In this document: piece by piece, positions 8,801 through 17,678 of the stretch
How the letters are laid out: each line of letters starts with the position of its first letter
How positions within the stretch are numbered: position 1 is the first letter of the stretch
DNA from: Vulcanimicrobiota bacterium
GTDB taxonomy: Bacteria > Vulcanimicrobiota > Vulcanimicrobiia > Vulcanimicrobiales > Vulcanimicrobiaceae
DNA: 64,000 bases
Reading direction: 5' to 3'
Assembly: GCA_963820185.1 (NCBI GenBank)
Contig: CAWFYV010000003.1
Location: 365,706 to 429,705, forward strand
Program-made: the position numbers and the translations under genes
Notes under the pieces: model-generated
Told to the model about the DNA's origin: nothing
Databases searched by the model: none
Seen by the model: the letters and a program-made list of their open reading frames with translations, nothing else

Positions 8801-9810
8801 AGGAGTGCCCCGCTCTTAATCAGCGCTGCAACGATCTCCGCGACCGCGATGTAATGCTCGTAGGCGATCGGCTCGCCAACGATACCGTCGCGGTAGAGCG
8901 CACGCGCCAGCGGTACGTTCTCAATTACCGGAACATCGTGTTCCTTGGCAAACTCGCGCACACGTAGCGCCATTTCGTCGGCGGCGCGCACGAGCACCGT
9001 GGGCACCGCAACGTCCGGGGGCCGGTAGTCGAGCGCAACGGCGACGTGCGTCGGGTTCACGACGACAAATGCAGCATCTTTGACTTTCGCAAGCGCGCCA
9101 CGGATAAGATTGCGATGCAGCGCCTTGCGCCGGCTGCGCGCCAGCGGATCACCATCGCTCTCTTTCATCTCACGCTTGAGTTCGGCCAGGCTCATTCGCA
9201 GTTTGCGCAACCATGCGCGCCGGGCGACGCCGTACTCGGCGATGGCGAAGAGCAAACCTACCGCCGCCGCGGCCCAAACCACGTGCTGCGCGCCATTCCA
9301 AGCGATCTGTGCGACGCCTTGCGGCGTTAGCGCGACCGCGCCCGCTCGCGCGAGATCTTGCAGAGCGGGAACCATTGCGAAGGATGCGAGCGCAAACGCG
9401 CAAAGCGCACGCGCACCATGCGTGAGCGCCTCGCGCGAAAACATGCGCTTGAGGCCTTCGCCCGGATTCAAGCGCTCGAGCTTCATCGCCGGCGTCACGA
9501 ACACGAGTCCTCCGCTTTGCAACAGTGCGCCGATGACGCCGCTCACCGCGGCGAGTAGTGCAGGCACGAGCGCGAGTGCGACGACCGCGATTGCTGGCAC
9601 GACGGCATCTGATCCGGCTATCGCGTGCGCAAGCGCTTCTTTCACGAGCGCACCCAACGGAGCGGCAATCGCGCAGACGCCGAGCGCAGCTGCGATAAAT
9701 GCGACGTTCGCGCCGAACTCTTGCGCGCGGGGAACATTGCCCTCGCGTCGTGCCTTCGCGATGCGCGATGGCGGTGCATCGAAGGTCCGCTCACCACTGT
9801 CGGCGCTCAC
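8797..9810 (-). CDS. flhB: flagellar/type III export switch protein FlhB (SctU family)
   Basis: N-terminus ...ERTFDAPPSRIAKARREGNVPRAQE and autocleavage motif VVNPTHVAVAL. Internal GTG at 9810 overlaps the fliR stop (GTGA). The 422-aa track ORF is an over-extension into fliR. Confidence 0.85.
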   Translation of the reverse strand: MSADSGERTFDAPPSRIAKARREGNVPRAQEFGANVAFIAAALGVCAIAAPLGALVKEALAHAIAGSDAVVPAIAVVALALVPALLAAVSGVIGALLQSGGLVFVTPAMKLERLNPGEGLKRMFSREALTHGARALCAFALASFAMVPALQDLARAGAVALTPQGVAQIAWNGAQHVVWAAAAVGLLFAIAEYGVARRAWLRKLRMSLAELKREMKESDGDPLARSRRKALHRNLIRGALAKVKDAAFVVVNPTHVAVALDYRPPDVAVPTVLVRAADEMALRVREFAKEHDVPVIENVPLARALYRDGIVGEPIAYEHYIAVAEIVAALIKSGALL

Positions 9811-10520
9811 GGCCGGCTTCCGGGATAGGGCAGGAGGGGATGGCCGGCGCGCGCCGAGAGCAGCGGAATCGAAACGGCCGTCACCAGCAATACCGCGCCA
9901 AATACAAGCGGGAACGAAAGCGCAAAGCCTGCGAAACGCGGGATGGTACGCGTCAGCGCCGCGACCGCGACCTGCACGACAAATGCAAGCGCAATCGCCG
10001 GAGCAGCCACCGCAGCGCCGACGAGCACGATCGTAGTTGCGAGCGTGCTCGCGAACGCGAGCCAAGCATGCGAATCAAATGGCGCGCCGGGTGCGACGCG
10101 AGCGAAGCTTTCCGAAAACGCGAGGAGTGTCACGCGATAGGCGCCGAGCAAAAAGTAGCCGCCGGTAAATGCAATCGACCACATGCGGCCAAAACCGCTC
10201 GGCGCGACGAGTTGCACGCTCGGTGCCATCGCCTTCACACCGACGTAATCGTCGAGCATGCGCCCACCGGCATAGGCTCCGTCATACAGGAGCGATGCGC
10301 CAATGCCTATCGCGCTTCCAAGCAAGAATTCAACGACGAACGCTATTGCGAGTGCAACGCCGTGCACATGCGCGCCTCGCACGCCGGGGACGATTGCAAT
10401 CGTCAACAAGAGCGCGATCGCCGCGCGCAATGCATGCGGCACGCTTGGGTGCGAGAATCCCGGAGCCCGCGATGCAAATCCGGCGCATCGCGCGAAGACG
10501 AGCAAGGCGGTCGCGTTCAC
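9807..10520 (-). CDS. fliR: flagellar/type III export protein FliR (SctT family)
   Basis: About 237-aa polytopic protein in the fliR slot. GTG at 10520 overlaps the fliQ stop (GTGA). Sequence upstream in the track ORF is Arg-rich junk. Confidence 0.8.
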   Translation of the reverse strand: MNATALLVFARCAGFASRAPGFSHPSVPHALRAAIALLLTIAIVPGVRGAHVHGVALAIAFVVEFLLGSAIGIGASLLYDGAYAGGRMLDDYVGVKAMAPSVQLVAPSGFGRMWSIAFTGGYFLLGAYRVTLLAFSESFARVAPGAPFDSHAWLAFASTLATTIVLVGAAVAAPAIALAFVVQVAVAALTRTIPRFAGFALSFPLVFGAVLLVTAVSIPLLSARAGHPLLPYPGSRP

Positions 10521-10786
10521 GATCCATAGACCAGCGCCGGAATGGCAGCGAGTGCGTCGCCAAAAAGTTGCGCGCACGCGTGCATCCCAAAAGCGCCAAA
10601 GAGCGCGATCGTCAGGCCAACCGCAATGACCTTCGGCAGGAGGGTCAGGGTCTGTTCTTGCACCTGCGTCGCCGCCTGCACGATGGCGATCGCCGTTCCG
10701 ACGAGTGCAGCGAGCGCGAGGACCGGTATGCACAGGATCGCGGCCAGCAGCATCGTCTCACGAAGCAACGCTTCGAATGCGCCCAT
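10517..10786 (-). CDS. fliQ: flagellar/type III export protein FliQ (SctS family)
   Basis: 89 aa, two TM helices. LLAAILCIPVLALAALVGTAIAIVQAATQVQEQTLTLLPKVIAV matches the FliQ pattern. Confidence 0.85.
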   Translation of the reverse strand: MGAFEALLRETMLLAAILCIPVLALAALVGTAIAIVQAATQVQEQTLTLLPKVIAVGLTIALFGAFGMHACAQLFGDALAAIPALVYGS

Positions 10787-10839
10787 GCGCTGACGGTACG
10801 CACGCGGCGTTACCTCAATGTTGCCGAAATTGAGCCGCG

Positions 10840-11505
10840 CTAGCGCACAAGAGCGAAGGCCAGGCCGTCGTACTCCTTCTCACCGACGGTTTGCAAGGCC
10901 GTCGCCTCGAACTGCGGTTCCGTTGCGAGCAGCTCGAGTGCGCGCCGCGCACCAACGATCATTGGATCGGCGTTCGAGGGGTCGGCGACCGCGCCGCCGC
11001 GGACCACGTTATCGACCACAACGAGCGTGCCGGAGCGTGAGAGGCGCAGCCCGCGCCGTAGGTAGTTGGGGTTGTTTTCCTTGTCGGCGTCGATGAAGAT
11101 CATATCGAACGGCGCGGCGCCCTGTGCAATAAGACGATCGAGCGTTTCCAGTGCCGGTGCGACTTCGACAGTAACAAGCGCATCCAGCCCCGCGGCAGCG
11201 AGATTGTCGCGCGCCACGGCCGCGTGCTCCGGATCGATCTCGAGCGTAATCAATTGCCCATCGGGCGGAAGCGCTCGGGCAAGCCAAATCGCGCTGTATC
11301 CTCCGAGCGTGCCAATCTCGAGGATGCGCCGGGCACCGCGCACCCGAGCGAGCAGATACAAGAGTTTCCCCTGCACGGCAGAGACCGCAATCGGCGGCAA
11401 GCCCGCTGCCGCGCTGCGCTCGAGCGCGCGCTGCAGGTCGCGATCCTCGCCGACAAACAGCGAGGAGAGATAGGCATCGACCTCGTTTGCACGATCGGTG
11501 TTCAA
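10840..11505 (-). CDS. class I SAM-dependent O-methyltransferase (family 3, caffeoyl-CoA OMT/YrrM-like)
   Basis: LLARVRGARRILEIGTLGGYSAIWLA (SAM motif I), MIFIDADKENNPNY, LVVVDNV. Probable TTG start at 11505 overlaps the metF stop (TTGA). Confidence 0.8.
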   Translation of the reverse strand: MNTDRANEVDAYLSSLFVGEDRDLQRALERSAAAGLPPIAVSAVQGKLLYLLARVRGARRILEIGTLGGYSAIWLARALPPDGQLITLEIDPEHAAVARDNLAAAGLDALVTVEVAPALETLDRLIAQGAAPFDMIFIDADKENNPNYLRRGLRLSRSGTLVVVDNVVRGGAVADPSNADPMIVGARRALELLATEPQFEATALQTVGEKEYDGLAFALVR

Positions 11506-12401
11506 TGCACAGCTCCGAAACTCGGCCGCCACGCACTCCCGGCGGTCAAGGCCGATACGATTGCGCGCGTGGCGGGCGAACGATTAAGTGTGTAAAAGTG
11601 GATTCCCGGCGATCCGCGGCTGAGCAATTCGGTCGCCTGCAGCGCAGCGTAGGCAACGCCCAAGTCCTCGACCGCTTTTGGATCGTCGCGACGAATTTCG
11701 AGTTCGCGCAGTAGCTTTGGCGGGATCGACGCGCCGATACTCGAGGTGAAACGTGCAACCTGCGAGGCGTTCGTGATCGGCATGAGGCCAGGGATCATCG
11801 GGATGCCGATGCCAAGGCGCTGGGCTCGCCCCAGAAACTCTGCGTAGCGATCGTTATCAAAAAACAGTTGGCTGATGAGGAAGTCCGCGCCCGCGTCGAC
11901 CTTCTCCTTGAGATATGCAAGATCGGCCTCCGGACTCTGCGCCTCCGTGTGCGTCTCGGGATAAAACGCCGCGCCGATACAGAAATCGTAGTTGCGGCGC
12001 AACATCGCGACGAGATCGCTTGCATGCGTAAAGCCGCCCGCCGTCGCTTCAAACGCGGTTGTTCCCTTCGGCGGATCTCCGCGAAGTGCGAGCACGTTCT
12101 GGATGCCGCCTCGTGCGAGATCGTCGAAGAGCGTGCGCAGTTCTGCGCGCGACGAGCCGACGCACGTCACGTGCGCCATTACCGTCAATCCGATGTCGCG
12201 TTGTATTTGTTTAGCCAGCGATACCGTCCGCTCGCGCGACGAACCGCCCGCGCCGTAGGTGATCGAGACGAAGGCCGGGCGCAGTGGCGCGAGCAATTCG
12301 ATCGTGGCAAGAAGCGCGCGCGCACCATCGTCATCCTTCGGCGGAAAGAACTCGAAGGAGAAGAACGGTCGCTGCGTCGCAAGGGCCTCGGAGATGCGCA
12401 C
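11502..12401 (-). CDS. metF: 5,10-methylenetetrahydrofolate reductase
   Basis: PFFSFEFFPPKDDDG, FVSITYGAGGSSRERT, VMAHVTCVG. GTG at 12401 gives an N-terminus of normal length; the track start at 12434 is a TTG overlapping fliP. Confidence 0.85.
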   Translation of the reverse strand: MRISEALATQRPFFSFEFFPPKDDDGARALLATIELLAPLRPAFVSITYGAGGSSRERTVSLAKQIQRDIGLTVMAHVTCVGSSRAELRTLFDDLARGGIQNVLALRGDPPKGTTAFEATAGGFTHASDLVAMLRRNYDFCIGAAFYPETHTEAQSPEADLAYLKEKVDAGADFLISQLFFDNDRYAEFLGRAQRLGIGIPMIPGLMPITNASQVARFTSSIGASIPPKLLRELEIRRDDPKAVEDLGVAYAALQATELLSRGSPGIHFYTLNRSPATRAIVSALTAGSAWRPSFGAVH

Positions 12402-12414
12402 GATGGCCTTGCGA

Positions 12415-13098
12415 TTATCTAAAACTGGCGGCAACGCCTCCGCAGATCAGCGCCCAGCCGTCTACCATGACGAAGAGCAAGAGCTTTACCGGCAGCGAGA
12501 CAACCGGGGGGCTGAGCATCATCATACCCAGGCCCATCAGCATCGCCGCGACTGCAAGGTCGATCGCTACAAACGGAAGATAGAGGGCAAAGCCGATCGC
12601 AAATGCGCCGCGAAGCTCGCCTACGACGAAGGCCGGCACGATGACCGTGAGCGGCGCCTTCGCGACCGGCTCGCTTCCTCGATGCGCGACGCGCTCGAAG
12701 AGCGTGATGTCGGCTACACGCGTCTGGCGCAGCATGAACGAACGCAGCGGTCCGGAGGCGCGATCCAACGCCTGCGACTGCGAGAGCGCACCGTGTGCAT
12801 ACGGTTCGACCGCATCGTGGCCGATACGTTGCAGCGTCGGTGTCATTACGACCAGCGTCAGCACGAGCGCAAGGCCGGAGAGGACCGCGTTCGGCGGAAG
12901 CGCCGAGGTGCCGATCGCCGAACGCACGAGCGAGAGGACCACCACGATGCGTACGAATGAGGTACACATCATGAGCAGAAATGGCACGATCGCAAGCACG
13001 GTAAGGCTTGCGAGCACATCGAGCGGAAGTGTTGCGTGCCCGCGCGCGGCGACGTCGAAAAGACCATCCATAGAAAAACGGTGCCGCAGCAGCGTCAC
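12415..13098 (-). CDS. fliP: flagellar/type III export protein FliP (SctR family)
   Basis: 227 aa. FLLMMCTSFVRIVVVLSLVRSAIGTSALPPNAVLSGLALVLTLVVM and VPAFVVGELRGAFAIGFALYLPFVAIDL are FliP signatures. Confidence 0.85.
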   Translation of the reverse strand: MTLLRHRFSMDGLFDVAARGHATLPLDVLASLTVLAIVPFLLMMCTSFVRIVVVLSLVRSAIGTSALPPNAVLSGLALVLTLVVMTPTLQRIGHDAVEPYAHGALSQSQALDRASGPLRSFMLRQTRVADITLFERVAHRGSEPVAKAPLTVIVPAFVVGELRGAFAIGFALYLPFVAIDLAVAAMLMGLGMMMLSPPVVSLPVKLLLFVMVDGWALICGGVAASFR

Positions 13099-13134
13099 CG
13101 TTTTATGGAAAAATAATTGCGGAAACGTGAACGG

Positions 13135-13422
13135 CTAGAGGTTGGGATTTATCGGCGGCCGAGAGATCAGCTCTGTCACGCGCACGCCGAAGTTCTCATC
13201 GACGGCGACGACCTCGCCGCGCGCGATCAGCTTGTTGTTCACCATCAAATCGACCGGGCCGCCGGCAAGCCGGTCGAGCTCGATGATCGAGCCGGCGCCA
13301 AGCTTGAGGACTTCGGCAACGGACATGTGGCAGGTACCCAGTTCAGCGGTCACACTGAGCGGTACGTGCAGCAACACATCGAGATTGCCTCGATCCTTGA
13401 GTTTCTTTGCATCGATGGTCAT
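13135..13422 (-). CDS. fliN: flagellar motor switch/sorting platform protein FliN (SpoA domain)
   Basis: 95 aa. VPLSVTAELGTCHMSVAEVLKLGAGSIIELDRLAGGPVDLMVNNKLIARGEVVAVDENFGVRVTE is a canonical SpoA domain. Confidence 0.85.
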   Translation of the reverse strand: MTIDAKKLKDRGNLDVLLHVPLSVTAELGTCHMSVAEVLKLGAGSIIELDRLAGGPVDLMVNNKLIARGEVVAVDENFGVRVTELISRPPINPNL

Positions 13423-14222
13423 CGTTCCGGGTCTTCCCTTTCGGCTGGTGTGCGATCAACCGCTAAAGCATAGTATCGACCGTGAACGCCGCATTCTCCA
13501 ATGGCAAGGGGCCTTCCGGCCAGCAAAAGCCTGCCGCGCAGTGCTCCGGCGGGGAGCGGGAGGATGGCCCCGGGTTCGAGCGAGGCGACGTCAGCCGCCG
13601 GATGCCAGCCCATATCAACGTGCACGGCCAGCTCGACCTCCAGGTCGCGCAGATCGTCGAGCGCGACGCCGGGCTGCGATTCGGGAAGCGGATCGCGGCT
13701 GAGCGCAATGCCGATCCGTGCTCGCACGGGATGCTCGACCTGCAATTCGAAGAAGGTGCGCAACGCACGCACGTCAGGCGTCGTCTCGAGGGCGAGTTCG
13801 GCTGCCGTGCCGCAAATCGGACCAAACTGCATTGCAATCGCGCGAACGATTCGTTCCAGCACGGTTCGCTCGAGCGTCGAGAGCGTCGATGTCCGCAATT
13901 CGCGCTCGCCGAACGCTGCAGCCGCGAGTGCCGACGCGTCTCCCGGGCGAACGATCACCGCTGCCTCGATCGATGCAGCCCGCACCCGAAATACTGTCGC
14001 ATCGCGGACAATTGCATTCCACGCTGCGGGTTGCGGAATTGTCGGCTCGTAGAGTTTGAGCGTTACCGCTTCGCCAAAGAGCTTCGCGAGCGTCTCGCGC
14101 ACGCCGCTCGCGACGATGCACGCCGCACTGACCGGCAACATCGAGCGTTCTTCGAACGAGAGCTTGCGGATCCGGCGGCCGTCGACTACATCGCAGCGCC
14201 GGGCGAAGCCCAGCATCTTCAC
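13419..14222 (-). CDS. FliM/SctQ-like switch protein (short; lacks the N-terminal CheY-binding peptide)
   Basis: 267 aa in the fliM slot. C-terminal SpoA-like segment VELAVHVDMGWHPAADVASLEPGAILPLP...LLLAGRPLAIGECGVHGRYYALAV. No LSQxEIDxLL-type N-terminus. Confidence 0.55.
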   Translation of the reverse strand: MKMLGFARRCDVVDGRRIRKLSFEERSMLPVSAACIVASGVRETLAKLFGEAVTLKLYEPTIPQPAAWNAIVRDATVFRVRAASIEAAVIVRPGDASALAAAAFGERELRTSTLSTLERTVLERIVRAIAMQFGPICGTAAELALETTPDVRALRTFFELQVEHPVRARIGIALSRDPLPESQPGVALDDLRDLEVELAVHVDMGWHPAADVASLEPGAILPLPAGALRGRLLLAGRPLAIGECGVHGRYYALAVDRTPAEREDPER

Positions 14223-14941
14223 TTCAAGAGGTCCATAGCGGTCTTTCCGTTGGCACCTTGTGCCTTGTGTATCGCCTGCAGCGCGTCGAAAGCAATATAT
14301 GCTTCCTCAAGACGATCAAGACTGCGGTCGAAATCGATGCGGCTTTCCTCGCGCTGCATCGGCCCAACGTTTGAAAAACTTCCGTCGCCGGCGCGGCCGA
14401 CGTGCGGCAATGTCCCAAGTGGTGCAACGAAGTGATTCGCATCGACGACGCCGAGCTTCGTCGCCGCCGGGAAACGCGCAAGCGCCAATTGTCCTACTGC
14501 GACGCGTTCACGCTCGCGCGCGCCGCTGCGAGGATCGATAACCGTGCGGTCGTACGCAAGTGTGCCGTCAGCTTCGACACGTAGATTCAGCACGCGGCCA
14601 AGCGCCTCGTCGACCGGGTCAACGCGCAGTTCGCTTGCGACGCCGTTGCGCGGCGTGAATCCAAGCACCGCGCGCCCGTTCGCGCCGGCGAGCATTCCGT
14701 CGCACAGCGTGAAGCCTCCGTCACGCGTGTATACCGAGCGCCCGCGTTCATCAGTGGTCAAAAAGAACGCGTCGGCCGGCGGTGCGACCGAGAGCGGATC
14801 GAGCGCCGGATCCGACGCAGGACGCTCGGTTGCCACGTCGCCGAATTGCGGGAACGCGCCAGGCGTGAAAGCACGCTGCACGTCGGCCGCTCGCTGCGCG
14901 ATCCGGTCGAGAGCGTCTTGCGTGGCTGCATTGACCATCAT
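14219..14941 (-). CDS. flagellar hook/rod family protein (FlgE/FlgF/FlgG-like, short)
   Basis: 240 aa in the flgE slot. FFLTTDERGRSVYTRDGGFTLCDGMLAGANGRAVLGF, QLALARFPAATKLGVVDANHFVAP and C-terminal EEAYIAFDALQAIHKAQGANGKTAMDLL resemble conserved hook/rod segments. The N-terminal rod motif is degenerate. Confidence 0.6.
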   Translation of the reverse strand: MMVNAATQDALDRIAQRAADVQRAFTPGAFPQFGDVATERPASDPALDPLSVAPPADAFFLTTDERGRSVYTRDGGFTLCDGMLAGANGRAVLGFTPRNGVASELRVDPVDEALGRVLNLRVEADGTLAYDRTVIDPRSGARERERVAVGQLALARFPAATKLGVVDANHFVAPLGTLPHVGRAGDGSFSNVGPMQREESRIDFDRSLDRLEEAYIAFDALQAIHKAQGANGKTAMDLLK

Positions 14942-14944
14942 GAT

Positions 14945-15478
14945 TTAAGCCTCCGTGACGTCGCTGTGAAGCGAGATGCCACGAGCGGCGAGTGCGTAGC
15001 GCGCCTCGTCGAGCGCGCGCAAGACGCGCGTTTGGATGGACGCGGGACATACCGCGATGATACGCACCCCTGCCGGCGTCGTCTGCAACGCGACGTGCAC
15101 CCGGGCTCGCGTGCCGTCCACGGTGAATGTCGCTCGCGCTGCGCGCACAAGCGGATTGAGAAACGTCCGTTCGATTCGCCGCGCAAGCGCGGAACGCTCC
15201 GCGCGCCGTTCGGGGGCGGCTATGGCGCGCGGTTTCGATACCGCTTGACGCACGATCGTGCGCGCATCGGGTTTTTCGAGACGCGAACGCTCCCGCGATT
15301 CGCTCGCGTGTATCCCTCGCACGCACGGCGATGCATCGCCGCGAGCCGGCACTTGCGTTTGTGAGGCTTGACCTGCCCGCGCGAGATGCAGTGCGGAATA
15401 CCAGGCCTGGGAGAGTGCGCGGCGGTCGATGGCCGCAAGGGGCGCAGTGAGAATGTTGAAGCCGAGTTGCTGGGTCAT
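14945..15478 (-). CDS. hypothetical protein, FliK (hook-length control) C-terminal-domain-like
   Basis: In the fliK slot. C-terminal ATFTVDGTRARVHVALQTTPAGVRIIAVCPASIQTRVLRALDEARYALAARGISL resembles the FliK C-domain pattern. An alternative TTG start at 15505 is possible. Confidence 0.4.
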   Translation of the reverse strand: MTQQLGFNILTAPLAAIDRRALSQAWYSALHLARAGQASQTQVPARGDASPCVRGIHASESRERSRLEKPDARTIVRQAVSKPRAIAAPERRAERSALARRIERTFLNPLVRAARATFTVDGTRARVHVALQTTPAGVRIIAVCPASIQTRVLRALDEARYALAARGISLHSDVTEA

Positions 15479-15550
15479 GCCCGCATCGTCCGCCCCGGCG
15501 GTCAACGCGGCATCGCCGATTCGTTGCCGGATTATTATGAGCGGCCCTAG

Positions 15551-17161
15551 TTACTGTGGGATGCGGCGGTCGTGCCCGTCGTCGAAGCCTTGGGCTTTTT
15601 GCAAATAGAGCGCATGGTTTGCAAGATCGAAGGTCACTACGAAATTACGCAACGATCCGTAGCCAACGTTACCACCGTCATTGCGGTCGGCGAACGCACC
15701 TGTGGTGCTCAGAACCACGTCGGCATAGCGGTTGAGGAGCCGATAGGGACCAAGCTGCAGGACGTTGACGATCGTTCCGACCGTGTCAACCGACCCGCCG
15801 ACCCCGCGATTGAGCGTCGGCCCCAGCATCGCGAGCGACACGAGTCCGGGATGCTGGTCGACAAAGTTCTTGAACACGAGCAGCTCCTTCGAATTCCCGG
15901 TATCGACGATCACGCGCGTTGACGCGCCCTGGAGCTCCGCCGTAATCTCGGGCAACTCGCGGTCGGTATCGACATCGAGTTTGGTGCCGTCGAGCGGCAG
16001 CGAGCCCGGCTGCGCAATCGTAATGTTGGTCTGCGTCGGATCGATGCGCAGTTCGGCGGCGGCAAAAAACGGATAGCCGAGAATGCCGTCAACACTCGTC
16101 GCCGGAAATTGGGGCAACTTGAGTACCGTTGCAACGTGCATCGGGAACGTCACACCACCAAGTGTGATCGGCGGCGCTTCGACGATGCCGGGGCTGGTGG
16201 TCCGTCCCGTGCCGCGGATCTCGACGGTGCCCTCCGGGTGTAGGCCGAGCGTCGCCGCGAGCGATACGTCGAAAAAGTCGGTCTGCGCCGCCGAATCGAC
16301 GAGAAACGTGTAGCGCTTCTCGTCGATCGTCACCTTGACGAACATCAGTCCGCCGCGATCCTCGTATGGCACCGTGACCGGCGTCGCATTCGCGACCGCC
16401 GATGCGGTAAACGACGTAAAGACCCAAGCCGCAATCGGCTGATTGACGGTCACGGTCGTAATATGCGAGGTGATATCGAAAGCGTGCGTCCCGTCCGAGT
16501 CGACCTCGGTGTACGGAACCAAGAAGCCGTCGACGACCTTGTAATCGCTGTACGTTTCCGTCTGCATGCTGTCGCCGTTGACAAACGCCATTTGGTCAAC
16601 GAGCCACGTTGTTGTATCGAGTCCTACCCGGGACGGCTCTCCGTTGGGCGGCGCAACGGCAAGAACATACACGTCACGCCCATCATAGAGCTTCTCGCGG
16701 TCCACAAAGCGCACGTCCTCGGGATGCCGCGCAAACGCGCCGCTGCCGATGAAGTCTTCGGTGAGTTGGCGGCGCGCGACGATCCCCTGCAACTCGCGCA
16801 TCTCGCCGTTTGCATTCTGCTGCCAGAGACGATCACCGATACGCAAGATGCGTTCAGTACCAATCCCGAACTTGTCGTCGCGACGCGATTTGTCGCCCTG
16901 CGCCCACTCGTGAAACGTGCCGGAGAAGCCGGCACCGAGCAGCGTCCCGGTGGTTTCGTGTGTCTGCGGCTCGCGCACGTGCAAGGCCTCGAGCGCGTCG
17001 AGGTGTTTAGCGAGCATTGTTGCGAGCGGAGGAAGCGGTGCCGGGCTTTGCGCGCAGAGCGCGCCTATGCAGGCAAAAAGAAGCGCGCTACGGCGTAGCT
17101 GCTCCCCGATACTTGGTGTAACTAGCCAGGACGTTCTGCACGTAATTTTGGGTTTCGGCAT
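15551..17161 (-). CDS. secreted protein with N-terminal LolA-like region and two tandem retropepsin-like aspartic protease domains
   Basis: Signal-like LRRSALLFACIGALCAQSPAP. First lobe FVKVTIDEKRYTFLVDSAAQTD..ILGYPFF, second lobe STRVIVDTGNSKELLVF...GNVGYGSLRNF (DSA and DTG catalytic-type motifs). Start uncertain; ATG 17161 chosen. Confidence 0.6.
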   Translation of the reverse strand: MPKPKITCRTSWLVTPSIGEQLRRSALLFACIGALCAQSPAPLPPLATMLAKHLDALEALHVREPQTHETTGTLLGAGFSGTFHEWAQGDKSRRDDKFGIGTERILRIGDRLWQQNANGEMRELQGIVARRQLTEDFIGSGAFARHPEDVRFVDREKLYDGRDVYVLAVAPPNGEPSRVGLDTTTWLVDQMAFVNGDSMQTETYSDYKVVDGFLVPYTEVDSDGTHAFDITSHITTVTVNQPIAAWVFTSFTASAVANATPVTVPYEDRGGLMFVKVTIDEKRYTFLVDSAAQTDFFDVSLAATLGLHPEGTVEIRGTGRTTSPGIVEAPPITLGGVTFPMHVATVLKLPQFPATSVDGILGYPFFAAAELRIDPTQTNITIAQPGSLPLDGTKLDVDTDRELPEITAELQGASTRVIVDTGNSKELLVFKNFVDQHPGLVSLAMLGPTLNRGVGGSVDTVGTIVNVLQLGPYRLLNRYADVVLSTTGAFADRNDGGNVGYGSLRNFVVTFDLANHALYLQKAQGFDDGHDRRIPQ

Positions 17162-17678
17162 AGGGCGGTACCCCGCCATACTTCTCCACCGCACCCGGGC
17201 CGGCATTGTAGGCGGCGACGGCAAGTCGCACGTCGCCGTTGAAACGATCGAGCAGGCCTTTGATGTATTTCGTGCCACCTGCTACATTCTGCGCGGGATC
17301 GTAGGCATCTGTGACACCGAGGCCGGAAGCCGTGCCGGGCATCAGCTGCATGAGTCCCTGCGCGCCGACGTTCGACGTGGCGTTTGCATTAAAGCCCGAC
17401 TCGTTCGCGATGATCGCCTTGATCAGCGCGGGGTCGACCTCTTGCGATTGTGCGTTCTCGTTGACGAGTGCATCGATTTGCGCAGGCGGAACCATCGCCG
17501 GGGCGTTTGGCGCAGCGCTATCCACCGGCGAGCCCTGCGCGGCCATCTGCGACTGCAGCATTGCGGCAAACGAGCCTGCTTCGGGGGTCGCTTCGGGCAG
17601 GCCGGGCAGTTGCACCGGCGCCCCGGTGATCTGTTCGATGCGGGTGGCAACGGCGGAAAGGTCAGACGTTATATCCAT
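17088..17678 (-). CDS. lytic transglycosylase (SLT domain), flagellar/T3SS-associated type
   Basis: IIANESGFNANATSNVGAQGLMQLMPGTA...AYNAGPGAVEKYGGVPPYAETQNYV is a classical SLT family-1 domain (catalytic E-S, AYNAG). Confidence 0.8.
   Translation of the reverse strand: MDITSDLSAVATRIEQITGAPVQLPGLPEATPEAGSFAAMLQSQMAAQGSPVDSAAPNAPAMVPPAQIDALVNENAQSQEVDPALIKAIIANESGFNANATSNVGAQGLMQLMPGTASGLGVTDAYDPAQNVAGGTKYIKGLLDRFNGDVRLAVAAYNAGPGAVEKYGGVPPYAETQNYVQNVLASYTKYRGAATP

Noticed and set aside
8797-10733. Long N-terminal extensions of FlhB (422 aa) and FliR (308 aa); similar extensions occur for the MFP (597 aa), thiolase (598 aa), PanC (359 aa), LexA (308 aa), GreA and the SRPBCC protein
   Set aside because: The extensions overlap the upstream genes, are Arg/Pro-rich nonsense, and internal ATG/GTG/TTG starts give canonical N-termini, SD sites or 4-nt coupling overlaps.
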